In this document: positions 15,180 through 28,899 of the stretch, piece by piece | How the letters are laid out: each line of letters begins with the position of its first letter | How positions within the stretch are numbered: position 1 is the first letter of the stretch | Source: Octopus vulgaris | Lineage: Eukaryota | Assembly (NCBI GenBank): GCA_951406725.2 | Contig: OX597818.1 | Coordinates: forward strand, 60,326,001 to 60,390,000 | Reading direction: 5' to 3' | DNA length: 64,000 bases | Position numbers and translations under genes: made by a program | The notes under the pieces: model-generated | Told to the model about the DNA's origin: nothing | The model's database searches: none | Seen by the model: the letters and a program-made list of their open reading frames with translations, nothing else

Positions 15180-15490
15180 AGGCGCATGGCTCAGTGGTTA
15201 GAACGTCGAGCTTACGATCGCGAGGTTGTGAGTTCGAATCCTTGACTGGCCTGCGTGTTGTGTTCTTGAGTAAGACACTTTATTTCACATTGCTCCAGTT
15301 CACTCAGCTGTAGAAATGAGTTGCGACGTCACTGGTGCCAAGTTGTATCGGCCCTTTGTGGAGTGGAGATGGGAAGCCGGTATGCATGGACGACTGCTGG
15401 TCTTCCATAAACAAACTTACTCGGACTTGTGCCTGGGAGGATAACATTCAAGGTGCAATCCCATGGTCAGTCATGACCAAAGGGGGTCTC
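15180..15490 (+). mobile_element. tRNA-derived SINE family D with CORE-like central domain
   Basis: A box TGGCTCAGTGG, B box GTTCGAATCC, then TTGTGTTCTTGAGTAAGACACTTTA...CACTCAGCTGTAGAAATGAGT. Confidence 0.8.
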
Positions 15491-15535
15491 AGCATATATT
15501 AACGCATGTACATAAATATTAACATATAGACACAT

Positions 15536-15689
15536 ATACCTATTTCTTTACTACCCTCAAGGTGCTAAACACAGAGAGGACAAACAAGGACAGACAAACG
15601 GATTAAGTCGATTATATTGACCCCAGTGCGTAACTGGTACTTAATTTATCGACCCCGAAAGGATCAAAGGCAAAGTCGACCTCGGCGGA
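15536..15689 (-). mobile_element. SINE family C, 5'-truncated
   Basis: Matches the 3' half of family C. Confidence 0.85.
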
Positions 15690-15843
15690 TCATATATCAT
15701 TGCATGCGCATATGTATTAACGCATGCAAATATAATCGGATTCAGATTTTGACCCAAGGCCAGCAATTTAGGTGATGGGCATAAGTGGATTGCAGCGAAC
15801 AAACTGGTCAACAGGAACATTGATTTATTGATATATATATTGA

Positions 15844-17322
15844 TATATATTCTCTAATTTCACTGGTCCCACTCCTGAACTATATGGTCGTTATATTGAC
15901 GACATTATCGGTGCCACCTCACTCTCCCGCGAACATCTAGATTCCTTCCTCTCTTTCGTCCAATCTTTCCATCCAGCCCTCCACTTCACTTCCACTATCT
16001 CCAACACCTCTGTCTCCTTCCTCGACATTTCGGTTAGCATTCTTCACTCCACTCTTACCACCTCCATTCACTACAAACACACAGACTCACACTCATACCT
16101 CAACTTCTCTTCCTCCCACCCAGAACACACCAAGCTTTCCATCCCCTATTCCCAATTCCTCCGTCTACGTAGGCTCTGTAGTGACGACCATGACTTTGAG
16201 ACTCAGTCTCAACGTATGGCTCACCACTTCACCCTACGTGGATACCCCCTCACCACTATCCACACCGCCCTTGCCAGAGCACGGTCCGTGGACCGTGTAT
16301 CTGCTCTCTCTCCCCGAACCCGCCCTGTAGTCTCCCGCCTCCCTTTTCCCCTCACTTACCACCCCACGACCCTACGTCTCCAACGCACCATTCTTCGAGC
16401 TTTCCGTCATCTCCTGTCCGACCCGTCCACTTCACACCTCTTCCCTAACCGACCCCTCCCCTCTTTCAAACGAGCCCACAACCTTCGAGACCTTTTGGTC
16501 CATAGCTCCTTCCCTGACCCTACCTCCCAACCCGGCTCGTTCCCCTGCTCCCGCCCACGTTGCCGCACTTGCCCTTACCTCTCCAACACCACCCGCCTCA
16601 CTAGCACCCACCATCGACCCTATCCCATCATCCACTCCTTCACCTGCACCTCCAGCAATATTATCTATTGCATCTCTTGCTCTCTCTGCAATTCCTTGTA
16701 CATCGGACAAACGGGACGCCGCTTGGCTGACCGGTTCGCGGAACACCTTCGTGACATCCACCTTGCGAACGACACACCGGTCTCACGCCATTTCCGCTCC
16801 ACCGGTCACTCCTTGCAACACCTATCTGTGTTCGGTTTGTCCTTACACAGAGGCCATCCGGATTCCCGTTTGCGCCGTGAACAGGAATTAATCTTCTCTC
16901 TTCGCTCTTATACGCCATTTGGTCTCAACTCTCCCCCCTCCTCATCTAACCCCCCTCTCCCCCTCCTCACCTATCCTTTCTCCCCCCGACCCCTACTTCT
17001 TCAGTCCTTCATCCTTTCACCCCTACTCCCCTTCCCTTCTTCCCTCTTTCTCCCTCCCTCTTCCCCTTCCCTCTGCTCCCTCACTCCCTCTCTCCCCTTC
17101 TCTCTCCCCCTCTCCCTCTTTCCTCCTTCATCCCCCTCATCCCCTTCCTTCTCCCCCATCCTCTCCTCTCCCCCTTCTCCTCCCTCTCTTCTTCCCCTCC
17201 CCTTCTCTCCCCCTCTTCCCCCCTCCCCTCTTCTCCCCCTCCCCCTCTTCTCCTCACTACACCACATGACTTTACACATCACATCACATATGATGTGCCA
17301 TACTAATACACACACCAACTAA
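15844..17322 (+). pseudogene. PLE polyprotein fragment: RT motifs (YIDD at 15892), thumb, CxxxxCxxC linker, GIY-YIG endonuclease
   Basis: Stop-free frame after the TGA at 15841: GRYIDDIIG...FHPALHFT...SFLDISV...YKHTDSHSYL..SSHP...CSRPRCRTC...NIIYCISCSLCNSLYIGQTGRRLADRFAEH...REQELI...PFGLN. It lacks the N-terminal RT half. Confidence 0.93.
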
Positions 17323-17808
17323 TACATACTAATACGTACTAATACATACCAGTACATACTAATACTTACACCAACCCTATACATACACACGTCCAGACCT
17401 CTCATACGCACTTATACTCTCTCTCACACACACACACACACCTATACATACCAATACGTACTAATACATACTAATACATACTAATACATACACCAACCCC
17501 ATACATACGCACGTCCAGACCAATCTTACGCACTAATACTCTCTCATACACATACACACACACACACACACCCTTATACATACTAATACATACACCAACC
17601 CTATACATACACACATCCAGACCCCTCCCACGCACTTTTAGCTGGTCCCTCAACCCATTTATCAACCCTATTATCTCCCCTTATTTCGCTCTCGCGTCTC
17701 ATGTTTGATCTTTGACCTCTGGCCGAAATCAGATCGCCATGTTGATTCGTTAGCTACTGCACGCATTTTTTTTCTCTCCTTCTTTCTGTGTTTTTCTCTC
17801 TCTGTGTA

Positions 17809-17846
17809 TCTTTCTGTTGAAGAGCGTAGGCTCGAAACGTTAAAGA
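17809..17846 (+). ncRNA. Minimal hammerhead motif (A6U core) in the PLE 3' terminal repeat
   Basis: TCTTT-CTGTTGA-A-GAGC-GTAG-GCTC-GAAACGTT-AAAGA; helices I and II pair perfectly. Confidence 0.7.
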
Positions 17847-17943
17847 CTTGTTTTATTTATATTTCCTGAGCGCCATACTAATACAATTGTTCGTTTGTTT
17901 TCCACCTGCCTTCGTCTTTTGTTTATTTTCATAAAGCTTCCCG

Positions 17944-17993
<50 letters not shown>

Positions 17994-18098
17994 ATTAGAA
18001 AGAGAAACAAAATAATAAAATTTAATAATTAAATAATTTAATCATTAAATGATAAATTCAAATCAATTTTATAATTTCTCTTCAAACAAATAGCAACT

Positions 18099-18192
18099 CT
18101 AGTTACAGCTATTTCTACATTATTAAATAGCAGATTTTTTCCAAAAAAAAAAAAATAACGTTTTTATTTCCATTGAGGTTTCATCAGACAGA
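18099..18192 (-). ncRNA. Decayed hammerhead-like motif with long helix II region
   Basis: Minus strand TCTGT-CTGATGA...GAAATAGCTGTA-ACTAGA; helix II is poorly formed. Confidence 0.4.
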
Positions 18193-18399
18193 CATATCTT
18201 GTTAATTATTTTGCGAAAGTAACAAGTAAATATTTTCATTATTTTAAACGTGTTTTTAAGAGCGAGCTTAAGAATATATAAACAAATTGAGTGGGCAGAG
18301 CAGGTAAAATCCAAGCTACACATGTTTCCTAGCTAGCAGATACTCTGATGTAAAAATTACTCAATGAAGGGCACTCAGATTAATTATATGGATCTCATA

Positions 18400-18435
<36 letters not shown>

Positions 18436-19513
18436 TATATGAACAATACACCGATAGAATTTACTGAGAGATAATTGATGCCCGTTTCAGCTAGGTGTTT
18501 TAATCTGAAAATGCTAAAAGTTAATTTAGGTGTACTTATACGATACTCGAATTAGATTATATGCTAAAACTAACTGAAATGAAAATAATCTTGATTGTAA
18601 TTGTATAAACTCTAGTAACTACCCACTGAATGGTAATAAACCCGAACAAAAGTGTAATGTACAGAACTAGATACAGAACTAATTTTTAGACAGATAAAAG
18701 CTCTACGTGTAAAATGTTTACACTGAAATCACAGGCAACATCTTCAAGGTAAGGTTTTACTAGCAAAAAGTTTCTCTTAAACATCCAGAGTCAAGGTCAT
18801 CAACGAGTCTGTCCAAATGTATACAGCAAATAAGTGAAGCTAGTACAACCTGTTTCAAAATCCACTGGTCACACTTAGAAAAGTCAAGCCAAGTCAGAAA
18901 TGGGTCTTAACAGTGTTCCATCAAATGACCGTTATGTTTAAGTGAGAAGTATTTCATTCCTGCTTCAAGACAATCGACATTATAGTGAAAATCTGAATTA
19001 TTGAACAGTTGCAGATATTCTTCGAAATGTCTTATTTCGAGGTCCCTTCCACCGAACTGTTAATGTCTGCAACTATTTTCCCCCACATTATATTTTTACT
19101 GTTTTATTATTAGTTTGAATATGTTGGATATCATTGTGTCCCTTCATCGATTACCTCCGGCCGTCTCATCTGAACCCAATACGATCCTTTACATAGATAG
19201 TATCTTATAACGTTTTTCAAGAGTTTTTTTTTCTGTTTTTATTCTCATGCCTTTCTATCGATCATCTTATTGGCTACGCATATAATTTTTTGCTTTTAAG
19301 AGTTTTCTATAAGTACTTCCATCTGAACTTATTGCTCCTGCATTGAAGTGACAGAGTTTTTTGCCGTATATTTACATCCTTTTGAAATCTTATTTTCTTC
19401 GTTATATTTCGATAATTTTTTTTATCTGTGCGTCTGTTTTGCTTCTGTTTGTGCTGCACCCCACATGTAGAATACATTTTTAGGACTCCCCCTCTTTCCC
19501 CCTCTCTATCACT

Positions 19514-19514
<1 letters not shown>

Positions 19515-19575
<61 letters not shown>

Positions 19576-19598
19576 GCCTATCTACCTTTCTATCTTTA

Positions 19599-19655
<57 letters not shown>

Positions 19656-19760
19656 GCCTATCTACCTTTCTATCTTTATATCTATCTATCTATCTATCTA
19701 CTTATCTACCTTTCTATTTTTATATCTGCCTATCTATATATCTATCTATCTACCTAGCTA
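19515..19760. repeat. (TATC)n microsatellite with internal ~72-bp duplication
   Basis: Seen directly. Confidence 0.95.
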
Positions 19761-20561
19761 TCTAATTTCTTTATCTTCTGATCTCATGCATACTTTTTAA
19801 TCGCTCCGACCTCCTCACCCCTTCTAAATAGATATACATATATACATACACACACACACATATATATACAAACATACATAATATATATATATATACAAAC
19901 ATACATGATATATATTTATGTATTTTATACAAGCTATCAATACAGCTAATGCCCCATTAATGCTCTCATTCTTTCCAAACATTGCATTTCCATTTTCGTT
20001 TACTTACCTTGTTGTCTTGCACAGACTCACTTTCATTACCTTTTCATTTTATACTCATTCCCATTTGTTTATATTTTTGATAACTTTTCATGACTAATAT
20101 TTTATGATTTATTTTTCTTAAAAGTTTAATTTCTGATACAATTTTTCCCCCTTTGCCACAATTATTACATCTACTCCCATCTATATCCACGATTTATGTT
20201 ATTCCGTTTCATTCAACTTTAATGTTTTTCTAACCTCTATTTTATTTTCCTCAACAGTCAATCATATTATCCAACAGATGCCATTAATTTTCAGAAGTCA
20301 TAACCCACTATCCAATTAGTTTTAATTGTTTACTTGTCGTCTGTCTAAACAATCACCATCGCATCATTTATAAATCACTCTATTGTTCCAAAAATTCAGG
20401 ACTGTTATGTTGTTGGTTTGCGCAAAATTCGGAGTAACGGTTTGTGAACATTTTCAGCTTCAATAAAACAGTATACATAAATATAAACATACATACATAC
20501 ATACAATCATACATACATACATACATACATACATACATACATACATACATACATTCGTACA

Positions 20562-20845
20562 CAACTGAGTACAGTTGTGGAAATTAGGCGTCCAGCGGAT
20601 GTTAACATGAAGCTAAAGTTCAACGGAAAAGAATACACCTACGCTGAACTATTGAGATTACACTTTCAGGTTTATACCTGTAATTATTGGTGCACTGAAA
20701 TATGTCACACATTGCCTAAATACCAATATTCAGAAATTACGCTTCTCAAAATCAGAAAGAAGAAATCTGATTCGAAGACAACCGATCCAGTCCATCACTG
20801 GGACTATTAAAAATATGTTAAACTATTCAGAAGTTTATAATTTAA
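20562..20845 (+). mobile_element. 3' fragment of an R4/Dong-like non-LTR retrotransposon (restriction-like endonuclease C-terminus)
   Basis: With one frameshift: TVVEIRRPADVNMKLKFNGKEYTYAELLR / FRFIPVIIGALKYVTHCLNTNIQKL...IQSITGT. This matches the VE-x-x-x-P-x-D..K..Y..L..P-hhh-GALG pattern of REL domains. Confidence 0.75.
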
Positions 20846-21109
20846 GTACATATCAATTTGTAGTAAAGATTGTTTGTTCACATAACATGGCAGTCCTGGT
20901 TTAGGACGAATGTTGCTGTAATTTAGCGCTAATCGTTTTGTCTGGCATGCTAATGATTCAGCGAATTTGCCGCCTCTTTAGTTCGAAATAATGCTGTATT
21001 TCTGTGAGATCTCAGAAATGTTTACGAAGACCATCAATATGTAATACTACTACGCTGGCAGTACTTATGTCTATTCTTCTTTGCACATTTGAGGATGTCA
21101 TTGCATAGG

Positions 21110-21682
21110 AACAGAAATATTTCCTGATAGACTGTCTAGATAATTGAACTCTTCGAAGATAGACTTCCATGTTCCTTTAAATATAACAAAGAATTTAGTA
21201 AAATAACTTAGTTATCATTTGGCTAGTGTTAGGAACATAAATTGTGACTAAGGTTTGGTGGAAGAAGATTTTAATTCAGAACTTATGAAAACAAGACATT
21301 TATACGCAGAGCCAGAAGCGGTTTCAGTTGGGTTGGTATCAAAATGGTTAAGAATTGTTTCTCTCTTATATATTTTAACCCTATTGTTAGCATATTTCTG
21401 TTGATGTGTTCTGTGTTTCTTTCAATTAATATTAAGTATAACAAACAATTTAGTAAAATAATTTAGTTATCATTCAGCTAGTGTTAGGAACATATATTGT
21501 GACTAAGGTGTGGTGGAAGATTTTAATTCAGAACTTATGAAAACAAGACATTTGTACTACAGTGCCAGAGGTGGTTTCAGTTGGGTTGGTATCAAATGGG
21601 TTTAATTCAAAACTTATGAAAACAAGACATTTGTACTCAGAGCTAGCGCTGGTTTCAGCCAGGTTGGTAGTGAAAGGGTTAA
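21110..21682 (+). mobile_element. piggyBac-like MITE cluster: a partial copy, a TTAA-bounded copy, and a duplicated right end
   Basis: TTAACCCT at 21375, AAAGGGTTAA ending at 21682, ATGGTTAA at ~21352. The block TTTAATTCARAACTTATGAAAACAAGACATTT occurs three times. Confidence 0.6.
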
Positions 21683-22290
21683 GTATCCCATAACTCTTTT
21701 ATATTTTGGAATCTTCAGAAAATGGTAGAGAATTTATGCTCTACACATGGGAATTAATATGATTATGAAAACAAGAATTTAAAAAAATTTTAACCCTCAC
21801 CCCCTAAATCCTAAAATTGAACTCTTCTTCATTTTTGTTTTTTAAATCAGAGTTTAAAATACAAATAATCTGAATTTTTTCGTTACATTATGTCGCAGAG
21901 GTAAAAGCTAGCAGAATCGTTAGTGCAACGGACACCAAATTATTAGTACCATTTCTTTGGACTCTTAACGTCCTGGGTTCAAAAGTCGCAAATGTTGACT
22001 TTTCTTTACCTTTTGGGGGTTCGATAAAATAAGTACCTGTTGAGAACTGGGGGCGATGGAATCGATGTTTAACGTTCTCTCTCAAATGCTGGCATTTGCC
22101 AAAATTAGTTAAAGAGAAAATTTTCGAAAGCATGAAGATTCAAGCAAGCCTGGATTTTATCTGATCAAGGACATCACATTGTATTAAGGAATTCGTGTCT
22201 GAAATCCCCAGATAATTCAAGCTGTGGGTGCACGTGTGTGTGAGTGCCTGTATATGTGTATGTGTGTGTGTGAGTGTCTGTATATGTGTA

Positions 22291-22332
<42 letters not shown>

Positions 22333-22579
22333 AGGGGGAGATAGATATGTGTGTGTCTGATTCTATGTGTATGGATGTATATTTATGAAGAGATGAAGAT
22401 AGAGGTTGTGGTCTGAGGCTCGGCAAACATTTTTCATCCCATAGCAACTGTAAAACACCCTCCCCCCCTTGTTGCGATAAGAGATTAGCCGCAAGATAAA
22501 ATGCAAATGTGATAAACGTGCAAGGCTTAGAAATGTTTTTGTTTTAAAGATTTTCTTGTTGTTTATTCAGTGGAACAGG

Positions 22580-23800
22580 TGGTTAAACTCGTCTGTGAAT
22601 GTGTGTGTGTGTATGTGTGTGTGTGTGTGCGTGTGTGCGTGTGTGTGCGCGTATGTGTGTCTGTGCGTGTGTTTGTGTATATGTATGTGTATGTAAATGT
22701 GTATGTGTACGCGTGTGTGTGAATGTATGTCTGTGCGTGCGTGTGTGTGTGTGTGTGGGTCTGTGTGTATGTGTCTGTGCGTGTGTGTGTGTATATGTAC
22801 ATGTGTGTGTATGAGTGTATGTATATGTATGCGTGTGTATGTCAATGTGTGTGTCAATGTGTCTCTGAATATGTGCTTTTGCGTAGGTATGTGCGCGTGT
22901 GTGTGTATGTGTATGTGAATGTGTATGTGTATGCGTGTGTGTGAATGTATGTCCGAGCGTGCGTGTGTGTGTGTGTGGGTCTGTGTGTATGTGTCTGTGC
23001 GTGTGTGTGTATATGTACATGTGTGTGTATGAGTGTATGTATCTGTATGTGTGTGTATGTGAATGTGTTTGTGTATGCGTGTGTGTGAATGTATGTGTCT
23101 GTGCGTGCGCGTGTGTGTGTGAGTCTGTGTGTATGTGTCTGTGCGTGTGTGTGTATATGTACATGTGTGTATATGTACATGTGTGTATGTGAATGTGTGT
23201 GTATGCGTGTGTGTGAATGTGTGTCTGAATGCGTGCTGTGCGTGCGTGTGTGTGTGTGTGGGTCTCTGTGTGTCTGTGCGTGTGTGTGTGTATATGTACA
23301 TGTGTGTGTATGAGTGTATGTATCTGTATGTGTGTGTGTGTGTGTGTGTGCGTGCGTGCGTGTGTGAGTGTGTGGGTCTGTGTGTATGTGTCTGTGCGTG
23401 TGTGTGTGTATATGTACATGTGTGTATGTGAATGTGTTTGTGTATGCGTGTGTGTGAATGTATGTCTGTGCGTGCGTGTGTGTGTGTGTGTCGGTCTGTG
23501 TGTATGTGTCTGTGCGTGTGTGTGTATATGTACATGTGTGTGTATGAGTGTATGTATCTGTATGTGTGTGTATGTGAATGTGTTTGCGTGTGTGTGTGTG
23601 TGTGTGTCGGTCCGTGTTTATGTGTCTGTGCGTGTGTGTGTGTATATGTACATGTGTGTGTATGAGTGTATGTATATGTATGTGTGTGTATGTGAATGTG
23701 TTTGTCTATGTGTGTGTCAATGTGTCTCTGTATATGTGTTTTTGCGTAGGTATGTGCGTGGGTGTGTATGCATGTGCGTGTCCGTGCGCGTGCGCGCGTG
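22580..23800. repeat. Complex (GT)-based minisatellite with reshuffled higher-order units
   Basis: Recurring units such as GTATATGTACATGTGTGT, GTGAATGTATGTCTGTGCG and GGGTCTGTGTGTATGTGTCTG. Confidence 0.93.
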
Positions 23801-24019
23801 TGTATCTCCAGATGTGTGTGGGTGTTCCGTTCCAATGTATTTGTTTCTCGGAACAGTTTCCGTCAACGGAAAACCAGTACCTACATATATACAATGAATA
23901 TCAACGCATTCATAGACATTGCCTCAATATAAACACACACACACACATGCTCCAGCATGGCCACAGTCAAAAGACTGAAATAAGTAAAAGAGTGAGAGTA
24001 AAACATATATATATAGTAG

Positions 24020-24536
24020 AGGCGCAATGGCCTAGTGGTTAGGACAGCGGACTCGCGGTCGCAGGATCGCGGTTTCGATTCTCAGACCGGGCGTTGTGTG
24101 TGTTTATTGAGCGAACGAAAACACCTAAAAGCTCTACGAGGCTCCGGCGGGGGATGGTGGTGGTGATCCCTGCTGTACTCTTTCACCACTCTAAAAGGCG
24201 GTGCCCCAGCATGGCCACAGCTCAAGAGCTGAAACTGGAAAAACAAAAACAAAAACAAACAAACATATATATATGCACACACATATATATGTGTGTGTGT
24301 GCATATATAAAGATATATAGTTACACACACACACAAACACATACACACACATATAGATAGATATAGATGTTGATAGATATATATATATATAGATAGATAG
24401 ATAAGTAAATCGTTAGAGGGACAGGCAGATGTGTGGATAGATGGATGGATGGATACAGACACACACACACCACACACACACATATATATATATATATACA
24501 TGTATATGTGTGTGTGTGTGTGTACATTTTATATAT

Positions 24537-24573
<37 letters not shown>

Positions 24574-24681
24574 CCTGCTCGCTTAGCCAGCGGGGTGGCG
24601 TCATTCGAAGGCTAAAACAATGCGAACGCATTGTGACCAGCGATGTGTAACTACATCTGATGGACTGGTCGGTCACGTGAT

Positions 24682-24688
<7 letters not shown>
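24020..24688 (+). mobile_element. tRNA-derived SINE family A, tail type 2, split by a family-B tail and microsatellites
   Basis: Head GGCGCAATGGCCTAGTGGTTAGG at 24021; tail TTGGCCTGCTCGCTTAGCCAGC...GGTCACGTGATCACGTGA at 24570-24688. Confidence 0.85.
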
Positions 24689-24768
<80 letters not shown>

Positions 24769-24911
24769 AGTGCTCCAGCATGGCCGCAGTCAAATGGCTG
24801 AAACAGATAAAAGAATGTATATGTATGCAAATGTATACAAGTACACGCGTATGTATACATATATATTAGTGCTTGTTGACATGTTATCGCATATATGTAT
24901 GTATATAATGT

Positions 24912-24931
24912 TGGCTGGCTGGATGGATGGA

Positions 24932-24966
<35 letters not shown>

Positions 24967-25031
24967 ATGGATGGATGGATGGATGGATGGATGGATGGAT
25001 GGATGGATGGATGGATGGATGGATGGATGGA

Positions 25032-25074
<43 letters not shown>

Positions 25075-25228
25075 ATGGATGGATGGATGGATGGATGGAT
25101 GGATGGATGGCTGGATGGATGGATGGATGGATGGATGGCTGGCTGGCTGGCTGGATGGATGGATGGATGGATGGATGGATGGATGGATGGATGGATGGAT
25201 GGATGGATGGATGGATGGATGGATGGAT
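24912..25228. repeat. (GGAT)n/(GGCT)n tetranucleotide array
   Basis: Seen directly. Confidence 0.98.
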
Positions 25229-25395
25229 ATGCAGTTATGTTCACAATGCAATACAGAATAGCTTCCTCCATAGCGGACAATTTAAAATACATTATTCAAA
25301 TATGTTTGTCTCTTCAGCCGAAAATAGTTAGAATATAGTAACAACAGGTTTGTCTTCTTTTAATATCTCGTTCCTTTTCTCTCTCAATCGCGACG

Positions 25396-25444
<49 letters not shown>

Positions 25445-25649
25445 TCGGTGTCTCTTATCAATATATCTTGTATCGCATCTGTGAGTGTGTGAGTGTGTGG
25501 AGGGTAGTGCAAGGAGATGTTACAAGGTCTCTTATGCAACAGCTATAATCAACACAAGCTAGTAGTCTCGCAAAATACAAGTATATGAAAACCATCGGCA
25601 GTCGTATGGGGGTCATCACACGCCCACTTCACGCGCGTGCGCATAGAGC

Positions 25650-25860
25650 TTGTTTCACTCGTTGGAATGTGGCCATGCTGGGGCACCGTCTCGAAGGGTT
25701 TTAGTCGAAGAAATCGACCTCAGTGCTCGCTTTTTGTTTGTTTCTTTTTAAAGCCGGGTACATATTCTTTTGGTCTTTCTTGCCGAAACGGTACGTTACG
25801 GGGACGTAAACAAACTAATACTGGTTATATAGCGACGGGGAAGACAAAAACAAATGCACA
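25650..25860 (-). mobile_element. Degenerate SINE family B, 3' half
   Basis: GGCCATGCTGGGGCACCG...GCCGAA..GTTACGGGGACGTAAACA. Confidence 0.7.
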
Positions 25861-26702
25861 CACACATACGCACAAATAAATATGTACATGTATGTATATA
25901 TATATACAAATATATATACACACATATATATATATACATACATACATACATACATACATACAAACACATATATATATATACACACACAAACATGCACCCG
26001 TACATACATATACGCACGCATGCACACATATAATGACACACACACATGTATATGTATATATTTAGATGTTATTCAGTGACAAAAATAATATTGACAGTAA
26101 CTTCGAAGTTCTGGCCAACTGAACCATTATCGGAGTGTAATGAAGAAGTGCCATAAAGAAATTTTATTGGTTGTCTATTTATGTGTATCATCTTCAGGTC
26201 ATAAGGGTTCACAGAAAAATGTAGTTGGGTGGAAGATGTCTCTTGGTAAGCGGATGTTGCTGGTACACGTTTTCTTTTTGAGAATGTGAAGGTTAAAATT
26301 TTGAGTTCAGAACTGCATGTAGACCTTCGTAATTAAATGTGTTTATTTAGGTACGTAAGCTTTTGGGCAATGGGGCTTTTAATGGACCACAAAAAAAGGT
26401 AAGTAGGTGGCAAGTTTTAACTGGTCTGCAGGCTCCTTTACATATCGATGTTATTTAGCGTTTCTCACCTATTTGTATTGGGATGGTTATGGTTATCAAG
26501 TAAGCATGTCAAGGTGTTGGAAAAATCATTAATGTTATAGTTTAATGCTCAGAAGAGCATGTAGGTAGGTTTTAATGTTGTTGGTCAGTATGTTTATCTC
26601 GAGAAGATCACTTTCCAGAAGTTATTTGGTTAGTCTTTAGAGGTTTTCAATTTAGTGTTTGGTGAGATGACGTTTGTGGGCTACTTTTATAAATATTTCT
26701 CT

Positions 26703-26890
26703 TTACACAGTTCTATATTTAAGAGATGAGGAATTATGTACATTATTTACGTTATTTACAATTGACGGATATTTGTCCTCATCCTGTTTGCTGTTAACAC
26801 AACGTTTCGGTTGATATACCCTCCAGCCTTCAGCAGGTGTCTTGGGGAAATTTCGAAACTGGGGTCTCATTCCTAAGGTATTTTTCGATG
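26703..26890 (-). mobile_element. HHR-bearing repeat family H1, copy 2, abutting (TTG/CTT/ATT)n
   Basis: Minus strand 26797-26840 reads ACAC-CTGCTGA-A-GGCTG..CAACC-GAAACGTT-GTGT. Confidence 0.8.
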
Positions 26891-26998
26891 TTATTATTGT
26901 TGTTGTTGTTGTTCTTCTTCTTCTTCTTCTTCTTCTTCTTCTTCTTCTTCTTCTTCTTCTTCTTCTTCTTCTTCTCATTATTATTATCATTATCGTTA

Positions 26999-27060
<62 letters not shown>

Positions 27061-27259
27061 GGATTCTTCTGTTGATTTCGTCGTGAGAGGTTCGTCTAAC
27101 AGCATGTTGATTTTATTTCCACTCTGTTCGCTATGTCTCATATGAGACTCTAAATCCAGCCGACGCTTTCAAAGCAAGATGGGATTATAAAGAATTGATA
27201 AACAAAATGGCTGGCATGACAGTTAGCACTCTCCTATTAACTAAGCCAGGGTCTTCATC

Positions 27260-27323
27260 TGTATATATATATATATATAAACAAATATATATATATATCT
27301 AAACAAATATAGATATATATCTA

Positions 27324-27371
<48 letters not shown>

Positions 27372-27417
27372 ACATATATACATATATGTATATATATATA
27401 TATATATAAGAACTCAC

Positions 27418-27448
<31 letters not shown>

Positions 27449-27494
27449 GTATATGTGTGTGTATTTTTTTGTATAATCACAAATACTATTGTAT

Positions 27495-27536
<42 letters not shown>

Positions 27537-27716
27537 AATCATATATGTTTATATGGTTTTAATTTATTACAATATCAATATATACTATATGTATATATGT
27601 GTTTATATATATATATATATAAACAATATATACTATATGTATATATATTATATATGTGTATATATATATATATCTATATCATATGTATATATAGAATATG
27701 TTATATATATATATAT

Positions 27717-27786
<70 letters not shown>

Positions 27787-27974
27787 TAATATATATATAT
27801 ATATACATATAAACAAATATATATATATATACATATATCTTTGTATATATATATATATATATAAACACATATATACATATATATATATATATATAGGTAG
27901 GATATATATATATATATACTATATATACATAGTATATATATGTTTGTGTGTGTGTGTGTGTCTGTGTCTGTGGT

Positions 27975-28054
<80 letters not shown>

Positions 28055-28080
28055 TGTGTGTTTTTTGTTGTGTTTGTGTT

Positions 28081-28148
<68 letters not shown>

Positions 28149-28250
28149 TTCGGATCTATGTATGTACACGTACATATATATATATATATATGTTTGTGTG
28201 TGTGTGTGTGTCTGTGTCTGTGTGTGCGTGCAGTGTGTGTAAAAGGTCGC
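27260..28250. repeat. (TA)n/(TG)n microsatellite cluster
   Basis: Seen directly. Confidence 0.96.
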
Positions 28251-28544
28251 GTAATCATCAATTAACATTGTCCTGATGAAACATCACTCCTTTTTGATTC
28301 ACAGAGGTCTTCGATCTTCTGTGATGTGATCTTTAAAGCGGGTCTCTTTTTCTTCAAATACTCTTTGGGTATGTCCATGAAGGAAGGGTTTTAATCAAAT
28401 AAATTTCAATTCTATTATTCAGCAAAATAATACTTAATTAGTTTAAATGTACACAAATGCATAAAAATAATTTTTAATTCCGTTAGACATTCTAAAATAC
28501 TATTAAATTTCCTTCAATTTATCGAACAGAACTGATGGGATGAC

Positions 28545-28632
<88 letters not shown>

Positions 28633-28760
28633 CCGAAATTGCGAAGATGATCCGGTTCTTGACTGATGACTGAGAGCTTCGAAAGTCCCGTCCGTGTTTT
28701 TTGTGTCGTCTTCTAAATGTTTCACGTTCTTGTCCCAGTTTGTGTATTTTTTTACTTTTA

Positions 28761-28864
<104 letters not shown>

Positions 28865-28899
28865 CAATACACACATGCGCACACACATATAACGTAATA

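Larger units (their letters stand above)
15844..17945 (+). mobile_element. 5'-truncated Penelope-like retroelement (Neptune-type architecture) inserted in TA-rich sequence
   Basis: RT-linker-GIY-YIG frame, C/T-rich and tandem-repeat 3' region, terminal repeat with HHR motif, then (TA)n. Confidence 0.93.

Noticed and set aside
18700-19090. Possible very old mariner fragments (TLRKVKPSQKWVL)
   Set aside because: Similarity too weak without a profile search.
26080-26690. Possible decayed PLE endonuclease on the minus strand
   Set aside because: Only vague motifs (WSIK, C..SE); could not be aligned confidently.
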